In this document: piece by piece, positions 8,762-17,202 of the stretch
Position numbering within the stretch: the first letter of the stretch is position 1
Layout of the letters: every line of letters starts with the position of its first letter
Assembly: GCA_965215885.1 (NCBI GenBank)
Contig: CBDCEW010000066.1
Coordinates: forward strand, 1-35,500
Direction: 5' to 3'
Length of the DNA stretch: 35,500 nucleotides
Source: Candidatus Moanibacter sp.
GTDB lineage: Bacteria > Verrucomicrobiota > Verrucomicrobiia > Opitutales > UBA2987
Notes under the pieces: generated by a model
The model's input: only the letters and a program-made list of their open reading frames with translations
Database searches by the model: none
Told to the model about the DNA's origin: nothing
Position numbers and translations under genes: made by a program

Positions 8762-10266
8762 GCGAAGTTTCTGAATCCGGCCGCTCCGTAATTGGGAATC
8801 GACCTCTGATGTAGGCTCCAGATTGGTCAGCTCAGCCCGCTCAACGGCAATCTCTAAATAGCGTTTAATTCTGCCTGCAGGATCCGGATACGTTTCTTCT
8901 GGCCGGCATCGGGTTCGGGCGGGACCATCAGTGGCGGGCGCTCGGTGTATTGGCCGTTGAGTATGGCTTCGGCGATGCGAACTGTCCTCGCAGGAAACTT
9001 CTCCGTGCCCTTCACATTTTTGACAAATTTCCCAAGGTGCTCTTTCCACCCTACTTGGCTCGCAGCACTTCCAGGCTCATTATTCTCGCTATTAGTCTTA
9101 GAAGCCTCAGGCAACGCACCAGAACCTGACCCCTGACCCCTGAACTCTCCAGATACCACCCCATCACCCCAGCATTAAAGACCGAGATCATATTTTTCGA
9201 ATTCACTTCGAGCGCCGCTTTGGTGAGCTCAAAAGCCTCTTTATGGCGTTGCTTATTCCAATGCGCCGCCGAACCGAGCTGATAAGAATTCACGAGTATA
9301 GTGTCGCTCCAGATAATCCTCGACTGGCGTGCCGATTCGAGCAGGTTTACGGCCGACCCATAATCGCGGAGGAAATAGGCAAAAAACCCATTCAGGTAAT
9401 CGCTCGCTCCCAGCACCTGTTTGGAGCTGCCAAAGTTTCTCCGCATCCCTTTGACAATGCGAACCGCTCCCCCCAAATCGGAATTATTAGTGGCGAAATT
9501 CAGGACGACAACGGCATAACCCGGAACGACAATATCTGCAATTCCCGTGTTGCCTAACGGGGATGACGGCAGCACGCTTAGATCCTTTCGCGCAAAAGTC
9601 GCCGCACAGGACCCGTAGTTCAGAAGCTTCCACTCCGGCCGTTTGCGAAACCACTCGAGCACCTTCGTAAAACGGAGACTGATAGACTAGGCGTCGCATT
9701 TAACGGAATCGACGAATTTGGAGAGACTCTCCTCGCCCCCCCCCAGAAGGCCCGGTTATATTGTGCATACCAGTCCTTGTAAGGAAAGTAGCGCGGATCG
9801 ATCATGATCTTGGTCTCGGGATAGAGGCGCCAGATGAGATAGCCGCCGGTGACGTAGTCGTTGCCGAGTTTAACATTCGGTATATTCGCCGCGATGAATT
9901 CTGCCTCCTCGATCGGATTGAGATAATTCACGCCAAAGCCAAGCCATGAATTGATCTTCTTTTTTGTCTCCCGAACGCGTATCTCGTTACTCAGGAGGAA
10001 GAGAGAGATAAGGAGAAGCGAGAATGCCAAGGCGCGGCGAAGAGTCTCTTGGCGGAGAAAACGCCAGTCCGGTTGGCGGGCAAACAGATACAAGCTGGAA
10101 AAGACAAAGACGGGCGCCCAGAAATACGTAGTTCGCAAAAATCGCATGTATAAGACAGCGAAAAATACATTCAAAATTACGATCGCCCAGTCGATCCGGC
10201 GGGAAATCAGCTGGGGGACGAAGAGCGCGATAAGAATGGCGCCGTCGCTTATAAGATAAAAAAGAT

Positions 10267-11585
10267 CAGTACTGTCCGGTTATAAGTCAAACAACTCCAA
10301 CTGTTTAGGAATGCGGTGTTCATTGAAAGTGTAATCGGTTTCTGTAAGTAGTTCAGTCATAGGAGTTTTCTCAAATAGGGTGAAGCTGAGAATCTGTAGG
10401 ATTTTGTGCAAACTGATCTCCAGGCGAAGGCGTTTGCGGATGATGGCGATGAGCACATAGACGCTGACGGCAATCCAGATTTGAGTCTTCACAGCATTCT
10501 CGGAGGTGCCGAAAAAGCTCTTGATGCGCAAGTGCTGTTTGATCCATTTGAAGAACAATTCGATCTGCCAGCGTAAACGGTAAATCTGGGTGATGATTAT
10601 GGCTGGGAGGGCAAACTGGTTGGTGAGAAACACGAAGCGCTCGGAACTGTCGGGGTCGAGGTAAGTGATACGCCGGAGTCTTTCGGGGTAGGCCTTGGCA
10701 GGATAGAAGCTGACCAGGGCAACGGTCTGGTCCGAACGCAGACCGGTTGATTTGTCGACCTTTTGAGAGTAGAGGCGGCGAAACTGAAAGCCGCGGCGGG
10801 CGCGTGTGACGAAGAAAGAACCGCATTGTGCGATCCGATAGAGGCGCTCGTAATGCAGATAGGCTCGGTCCATTACATAGTAAGCACCGGCCTCGGGGAT
10901 GATGAGATCCAGAATGTTTACGTCGTGAACTTTTCCATCGGTAATCTCGATAAAATAAGGGATAGAGCCTCTGAGATCGAGAAGCGTATGGACCTTCACC
11001 GCCCCCTTGTGCTTGCGGAAACGTGCCCACGGGAAGAGTGATAGACATAGATCGATCGTGGTGGAGTCCAGAGCGTAGAGCGTATTGTCCAGGTCGATGC
11101 CCAGATCCTCGTTTGAATACAAAGGACGAGCCATTGCGATGAGGACCTGTGCAAAGTCGGCGTAGCTGCGCCAGTCTCGTTTCTCGTTGGCATCGGCGAG
11201 CGTGCTTTTGGATACTCCGCTTCGAATCCCTGCGTGGTATAGTTTTGGTTGTACTGCCCGCAGGCAGGTTTCGATGTCGCGCAGACTCTCCCGGTAGGTC
11301 AACTCGGCAAAACCCATGCAGAGAAATTGTTCGAAGCAACTGAACTTTTGAACTTTGTAGTCGCCTCCGTAGCGTTGGACGCAACGATGGAACTGATGGC
11401 GCGGAAGATAATCTATGATTTGAGAAAAAACGAATCGACCTGTATACATGATTTGGACCCTCGAAATTTTTGAGAGTCCACAAGGCTTTTTGCAATTTCA
11501 AGTCGAAAACAGCAGAAATCATATGTAAAATGTTGGTTATCAATCGATTAACCTGCGTTCCTAGAAAAACAACCGGACAGTAGTG
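10267..11585 (-). mobile_element. IS4-family insertion sequence (intact)
   Basis: 15-bp IRs CAGTACTGTCCGGTT / CACTACTGTCCGGTT. 9-bp target duplication AAAAAAGAT at 10258-10266 and 11586-11594. Confidence 0.95.
10280..11449 (-). CDS. IS4-family DDE transposase (DUF4372 N-terminus)
   Basis: ALDSTTI, VMDRAY and the YREK signature YRLRWQIELFFKWIKQHL. Confidence 0.95.
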   Translation of the reverse strand: MYTGRFVFSQIIDYLPRHQFHRCVQRYGGDYKVQKFSCFEQFLCMGFAELTYRESLRDIETCLRAVQPKLYHAGIRSGVSKSTLADANEKRDWRSYADFAQVLIAMARPLYSNEDLGIDLDNTLYALDSTTIDLCLSLFPWARFRKHKGAVKVHTLLDLRGSIPYFIEITDGKVHDVNILDLIIPEAGAYYVMDRAYLHYERLYRIAQCGSFFVTRARRGFQFRRLYSQKVDKSTGLRSDQTVALVSFYPAKAYPERLRRITYLDPDSSERFVFLTNQFALPAIIITQIYRLRWQIELFFKWIKQHLRIKSFFGTSENAVKTQIWIAVSVYVLIAIIRKRLRLEISLHKILQILSFTLFEKTPMTELLTETDYTFNEHRIPKQLELFDL

Positions 11586-12880
11586 AAAAAAGATAATTTC
11601 GCTCCTTCCCAATTTCGGAAAATATCGTCCGATAATCAGCCACCGTATTCAGTTCACTCATTTTGGGATTGATCCCAAAATCCACCAGCTGTCGCAGATA
11701 TTCCAATCCATAGGGATTGATCGTAATCGCGACCGCGCTCAATACCATGGCAAAGAAGAGATGTTTTTGAGTCGTTCGCGTGAGCGCTTCTTCTGGCGAT
11801 AATAGCGAATTTACTGTTTCCCCAAACCATATTAGAAGGAGATAGGACGCGCCAAACATGATAGTGCCATGGCTGTTTACCCAGAATAGCGCAACCACGG
11901 GGAACAGATAACTTATCCAGGGCGAACCCCTCCCTCCCGATTTGAGCCAAAACCATATCAGCGTAATGAGAGTTACGTAGACAAAGGAGAATATGGCCGG
12001 CTTGATAACGCCCGCGGAATCGTAGGCCATGAGAAAGCCGAGCAGACAGACGAACCAAGTAAAAGGATTGCGCAATTGCCCGATGCGCCTCGCATAAACG
12101 CCAACGGCTAGGACAAAGATTAGAAAGCAAAAGTATCGGAATGCATAGAGAATCGGTAGCCTGCCGATCAGGTACATCAAGTAGAGGACAATCTCGGGCA
12201 ACCAGGCGCAGTAAATCAGACTACCGTCAGCCTTGCTCCATGAAAAGATGGTGTGGTCCGGTACCAGAGTCGTGTTTTCCAACATATACCGCCCGTAGGC
12301 CATTTGCCACCAGAGGTCGCCGTCGCGGAGGGGGAGTGAACCGAGTACGGCCACGGCCACGAGGAGGAGGGCAATGAGAAAGGCGGACCAGCCCCAATGC
12401 CATTCGGTCGGCGGTTCGGGTTCGACGGGCGTATCCGGCAGCGGCGGATGCGGTACTGACGCTTCCGTCGGTTCAGTTGTTCCCGAGTTCCCGGGTGTTT
12501 GATTTTCTAAGTTCAGAATTCAGCCGCCTCCGGCCTTTGCCTGTATTCCTGGACACCGCCGCACCGACGTGTTCAGTTCAATGATCAGTGGCCAATAATC
12601 AATGTTCAGTATTCAGTAATATGTGGTCAGAATGCTATCGCAACGAAATCACTGAATGGATTGTCGCTCTTTGCTAAATGGAAAAAAGCCACGAGAACAA
12701 GCCCAAAGCAATGACCGATAACCGATTACGAGGTGGAAGAAAAGGCAGAAAAGAGACATGGAATTGCTCTAAGAGCAGATTCATGCTTTCATTAGAATTC
12801 GATTGCATCGAATTCTTGTTACCGCGTCCTTCCCAAGGGCGGGACGCGGTGGTGTCTAGGTACTCCAATTCGTAAATACG

Positions 12881-13603
12881 GTGACTTCTGCCGAAGTAAC
12901 AGAGCGGACAAAGCGCATATCGCCAATCCTTGCATTGAGCATTGCCGGGGCGATCGCGCTTCCCAGTGTCGCGATCGTGTGGTTTCTCCGAGCGGAATTG
13001 GGTGAACTCTGGCAGCAGTTAATTATTCTGGCCCGTTACCTGGAAGGCGTGCCCCCTCTCGTGCCCCCTCTCCTATACGCAATTGGATTCGGTGTCGTGA
13101 CGGCGTTACCGGTCCCATCGAGTCCGCTTATTCTGGCGGCTGGAGCATTTTACGGTTTCTGGATGGGGCTTCTCGTTATTGCCGCGGGCATGCTCATTAC
13201 GCTGTCGCTCAGTTACTGGCTGGCGCTCTACGCCCTGCGCAATCCGATCGAGAAGCTCCTGCGATGGAGGGGCTACGCCCTGCCGGAGTTTCCCACCAGC
13301 GATACGGCGCACTTTGTCCTGCTGGTTCGGTTTACTCCGGGAGTCCCACTGGTATTCATAAACTATCTTCTGGGAATAGCGCGGGTGTCTTTCAAGACGT
13401 ATCTCATTGTCTCCTGGCCGGCAATCATGCTAGTATCGATCCCGTTTATTTTGGCTGGGAGTTCCGTATACGAAGGAAATCTCGGCCTCGTGGTATCCGG
13501 CATTTTTCTTATTTTCTTTCTGATTCTTTTGTCGAAATATGTATTCAGATTCGTCAAGAGAAAATCGGATCCCGATCTTCGAAGCCAGAAGAGTGGAAAT
13601 TGA
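12881..13603 (+). CDS. TVP38/TMEM64 (DedA/VTT) family membrane protein
   Basis: LPVPSSPLILAAGAFYG and LLVRFTPGVPLVFINYLLG motifs, with multiple TM segments. Confidence 0.85.
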   Translation: MTSAEVTERTKRISPILALSIAGAIALPSVAIVWFLRAELGELWQQLIILARYLEGVPPLVPPLLYAIGFGVVTALPVPSSPLILAAGAFYGFWMGLLVIAAGMLITLSLSYWLALYALRNPIEKLLRWRGYALPEFPTSDTAHFVLLVRFTPGVPLVFINYLLGIARVSFKTYLIVSWPAIMLVSIPFILAGSSVYEGNLGLVVSGIFLIFFLILLSKYVFRFVKRKSDPDLRSQKSGN

Positions 13604-13712
13604 ATCGGGAAGGCGGTGAGAAAAGAAGTGAACAGAAGGAAACAGAGAGAAACGGAGAGAAGAATACAATTCGTCAGTCAAATGTCCTTCGAAGAGAGAT
13701 CGATAGAGTTTA

Positions 13713-13777
13713 ACCGCGGATTGCGCGGATGGCACGGATGGGGAGCTACTATCCGCGCAATCAGTGTAATCCGCGGT
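13713..13777. repeat. Palindromic repeat with 9-bp periodic arms
   Basis: ACCGCGGATTGCGCGGATGGCACGGAT ... ATCCGCGCAATCAGTGTAATCCGCGGT. Related arms at 14461, 19983, 20365 and 23104. Confidence 0.8.
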
Positions 13778-13846
13778 CTCTTTCTCTCCTTTGGTTGCAT
13801 CTTCGGAGCGCCATGTCATTCAATCTAAGCATACATCCAAGATATT

Positions 13847-14440
13847 ATGTCATCGGAATTCTTTACTGATTATCTGAAACGCGGAGAGCTCATCACGTCC
13901 GATTTCGACTGGCGGCCGGTGGAAGAGCTGGCCCGGGATCTCCGGCATTGCTGGAGGGCCGGAAACCAGTTCTTTCTTTGCGGCAACGGGGGAAGCGCTG
14001 CCAATGCCAACCATCTGGCCAATGACTATCTTTACGGAATTGCAGGGGAAACAGGAAAAGGAATCCGCGTTTGCGCCCTCACGGCCAACAGTCCGGTTCT
14101 CACCTGCCTCGGTAACGATGTAGGATACGAGAACATTTTCAGCGCACAGTTGAATGTGCTCGCACAATCTGGTGACCTGTTGCTGGCCCTGTCAGGGAGT
14201 GGAAATTCACCCAACATCGTCAATGCCCTCGCGATGGCAAAAGAGCTGGGAGTAAAATCGTACGCCATCCTCGGCTATAGCGGTGGAAAGTGCAAAGCCC
14301 TGGCCGACTTGGCGATCCACTTCCCCATCGACGACATGCAAATCGCGGAGGATCTTCAGTTGACCATCGGGCACATGGTGATGCAGTGGCTGCAGAAGAA
14401 TCGGCCGGCCATCGACGATCAAGTAGGCGAAGAAGCGTGA
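13847..14440 (+). CDS. gmhA: SIS-domain phosphoheptose isomerase (GmhA-like)
   Basis: CGNGGSAANANH, GNDVGYENIF, LSGSGNSPN and MQIAEDLQLTIGH. Confidence 0.82.
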   Translation: MSSEFFTDYLKRGELITSDFDWRPVEELARDLRHCWRAGNQFFLCGNGGSAANANHLANDYLYGIAGETGKGIRVCALTANSPVLTCLGNDVGYENIFSAQLNVLAQSGDLLLALSGSGNSPNIVNALAMAKELGVKSYAILGYSGGKCKALADLAIHFPIDDMQIAEDLQLTIGHMVMQWLQKNRPAIDDQVGEEA

Positions 14441-14460
14441 AAAGGGGAGGAAGAGGGAGA

Positions 14461-14685
14461 ACCGCAGATTAACGCAGATGGACGCGGATGGGGAGAATCC
14501 TTTGTCGTGAGCTTTGTCGAAAAAGAACGAAAACGACGCACAAGCTTACGACGAAGTTTCCCTGACGGGTGAAGGGAGTCCCCACCAGACTTAAACGTAA
14601 GCTTCGGCGTCAACTCGATCGCCCGAACTGAAAGGAAGAGACGACAAAGCTTACGACAAGGCTTACGACAAAGTTTGACAAACAC
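14461..14685. repeat. Intergenic repeat cluster (12-bp periodic CGACAAAGCTTA family plus a 9-bp periodic arm)
   Basis: TTTGTCGTGAGCTTTGTCG ... CGACAAAGCTTACGACAAGGCTTACGACAAAG. The same family occurs at 16556-16765 and 32470-33090. Confidence 0.75.
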
Positions 14686-15684
14686 ATGATTGAACGCATC
14701 GCTGTAATCGGGAGCAATTCATTTTCCGGGGCCAGCTTTGTGCGCTATGCTCTGGAGGATGGCGCACAAGTCCTGGGAATCAGCCGTTCCCAACAACCCC
14801 ATTCCGCATTTCTTCCCTATCGATGGGTTTCCGACCTGCCGCAGCAGGAATTCACTTTCCACCAGGCGGATCTCAATCACGACACCGACAGAATCGTCGG
14901 CACGATCGAGGAGTTCAGTCCCCACTATGTGATCAACTTTGCCGCACAGAGTATGGTAGCGGAGAGTTGGAAGCAACCTGAGCACTGGTATCAGACAAAT
15001 GTCACGGCAAACGTACGGCTCCACGATGGCCTGCGGCAGCTGCCAAATCTCAAGAAGTACGTCCATATTTCGACCCCGGAAGTCTATGGAAACTGTTCAG
15101 ATCCGGTCAACGAGGAGACTCCTTTCAATCCAAGCACCCCATATGCAACGTCACGAGCCGCCTGCGACATGAGCCTGCGGAATTTCTTCGGAAACTACCA
15201 ATTCCCAGTCGTCTTTACGAGGGCGGCCAATGTTTATGGGCCCGGCCAACAGCTCTACCGCATTATTCCACGGGCAATTCTATACGCCCGCCTGGGAAGA
15301 AAGCTCCAACTGCACGGAGGCGGATCTTCCATTCGCTCATTCATCCACATTAACGACATCGCGGCGGGCACGCTGAGCGTGGCCCGGGAGGCGGCGCCCC
15401 CCAATGTCTACCACCTATCCACGAATCGCTACATCTCGATTCGAGAACTCGTCCAGTTGATCTGCGATTGTATGGATATCCCTTTCGACACCCTCGCTGA
15501 GGTGGCAGGAGAACGGCCGGGGAAAGACTCCGCCTACTATCTGGACAGCAGTAAAGCGCGAAATGAATTCGGCTGGCAGGATAAGATCACTCTGGAGGAA
15601 GGGATCCGCGAGACCATTGCGTGGGTTGAGAGATATTTTGACGTGCTCAAGTCTCAACCGCTCGATTACATCCATAAACCCTAA
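14686..15684 (+). CDS. NAD-dependent epimerase/dehydratase (NDP-glucose 4,6-dehydratase-like, extended SDR)
   Basis: VIGSNSFSG, FAAQSMV, HISTPEVYG, PSTPYATSRAA and NVYGPGQ. Confidence 0.9.
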   Translation: MIERIAVIGSNSFSGASFVRYALEDGAQVLGISRSQQPHSAFLPYRWVSDLPQQEFTFHQADLNHDTDRIVGTIEEFSPHYVINFAAQSMVAESWKQPEHWYQTNVTANVRLHDGLRQLPNLKKYVHISTPEVYGNCSDPVNEETPFNPSTPYATSRAACDMSLRNFFGNYQFPVVFTRAANVYGPGQQLYRIIPRAILYARLGRKLQLHGGGSSIRSFIHINDIAAGTLSVAREAAPPNVYHLSTNRYISIRELVQLICDCMDIPFDTLAEVAGERPGKDSAYYLDSSKARNEFGWQDKITLEEGIRETIAWVERYFDVLKSQPLDYIHKP

Positions 15685-16850
15685 CCCGGAAATCCTGCCG
15701 GATTTCCGGGTAGCCATCTGTCGAACTTCGTCCGTCAGATGGGGAGGAGGGGAAATTGATCAGTAAACAGTCGTCAGTAACCGGCGATCAGTGTTCAAGT
15801 TCAATTTTCCGCAAGATGTAGCGGAACGCGGGAGCGTTTCGATATCTCATCCCGGATGCTGGATTTCTGATGGAAGTCGTTTCGAAGAGAGAATTAGGGA
15901 CAGGTAGTTTATCCGGCCCAAGTAGCTGCGCTTTGCCCACGAAAGCCGCGAAAAGGAGCGCGAAAGGAGGATTCTCAGACAGGATTGGCGGGATCTACGG
16001 GGATGCGAAGGAGAAAATTAGGGACAGGTAATTTATATATATGAAGCATGTCATTGCGAGGAAGAATGACGAAGCAATCCAGTATCAGCCTTCTGAATTT
16101 CTGGATTGCCACGGTCTGCCACAGAGCAGACCTCGCAATGACACAAGGGATCTCAGGGACGGAAATTAGAGACAGGTAGTTTATCTTATTCTCCTGAGAA
16201 ATCTGTCCTATCGGCATCCGCAACAACCCTGCCGTACGGCAGGGCGGCTCAAAAATAAACGACTTACGGAGCACAGTAGCCGCGTTCGCAAGAACGTGGG
16301 ATTTTTCAGCAGATTCTTATCAGTTCCAAGAACGAGGATGATTGTCCCGTCAGCGAAAAGAACGATTCCTGTGTCCGGTCACTCGTCACTCCCCCACTTT
16401 CACTTTCTCTTCCTGCGCTACCCTTCCCCATCCGTGGTTGACCTGAATCCGAGGGGAGATTACCCTCCCATCCGTGGAAATCCGTACTACGATCCAGCAC
16501 AATTTTGTTTTTTGAGCGAGTTTTGTCTTAGAAAAGGCTGGTATTCAATGTATTGCGTTCGACAAGGTTCGGGAGTGAGGTTCGCGACAAGGTTACCCAG
16601 GGGAAGTAGGCGTCCCTTTCCCAATCCGATCACGAATGTCCTGCCGGTCTACGGATTCGACAGGACTTCGACGAGCTCTGTCGAGTCGATCACCGCAGGC
16701 CTACTCAGAGTTCAATGCAGCAAACCTCGTCGCAAACCTTGTCCCGAACCTTGTCGCAACACGCATCGAGTACGAAGCCGCCTTCAATTCAGGTTCGACT
16801 GGTTTCCCATCCGTGGTAATGCAGAGCCATCCGTGACCAATTAAAGGATC
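15684..16850. repeat. About 1.15-kb non-coding mosaic of palindromic REP/MITE-like elements
   Basis: Hairpin 15684-15711. GTAG-led hairpins near 15710, 15818 and 16276. Three AATTAG(G/A)GACAGGTA(G/A)TTTAT copies (15892, 16016, 16164). TGTCATTGCGAGG...CCTCGCAATGACA element (16049-16143). IR pair 16556-16765. Confidence 0.75.
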
Positions 16851-17202
16851 TTAAATGAAATCGAAACGCATTCTTGTGACGGGGGGTTTCGGCTATGTGG
16901 GGAGCTGTCTTACTCCCTTTCTCCTGGAAGAGGGATATTTTGTTCGAGTTCTGGACCTGATGCTCTATACCGATGCCGGCCTTATGGACCTGGAGAGAAA
17001 TCCGGCCTATAACGATTGGAAACCGCGTTTCGAATTCATGGCAGGCGACATTCGCGATTCCGACACAGTCCGAGCGGCACTTCAGGAAATCGATACCGTT
17101 ATCCATCTCGCAGCGATCTCCAACGATCCCACCGGCGAAATCGACGAGACCCTTACACGGCAAGTAAATTTTGACGCTGTTGGACAACTTTTGACCCTAG
17201 CC

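Larger units (their letters stand above)
8854..12519 (-). pseudogene. Large polytopic membrane protein (GT-C-like, DLWWQ...GR luminal-loop motif) with helical/TPR-like C-terminus; IS4-interrupted and frameshifted
   Basis: ORF pieces 11548-12360, 9620-10174, 9051-9662 and 8854-9159 join up. IS4 removal is in frame (ERNYLFYLISDGAIL). There is a frameshift at G9 (9736-9744), a TAG near 9688 and a frameshift at a 7-bp tandem repeat near 9125-9143. Motifs DGDLWWQMAYGR, WVNSHG, INPYG, GGYLIW and IDPRYFPY. Confidence 0.75.

Noticed and set aside
8762..9049. N-terminal extension of the sulfotransferase with a CxxC (CQKCEG)
   Set aside because: It overlaps the frame that carries the upstream membrane protein's C-terminus (8854-9159), so it is most likely incidental.
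10371..11612. 413-aa alternative-frame ORF overlapping the IS4 transposase
   Set aside because: Arg/Ser/Pro-rich shadow-frame composition, no motifs, and it begins outside the IS boundary.
15892..16184. Three 21-bp direct repeats as a possible CRISPR array
   Set aside because: Spacing is 124 and 148 bp, the intervening DNA consists of other repeats, and no cas genes are present.
16296..16844. 182-aa ORF in the intergenic mosaic
   Set aside because: It is composed of repeat-derived sequence (e.g. KPRRKPCPEPCR from the 12-bp unit) and has no RBS or recognisable domain.
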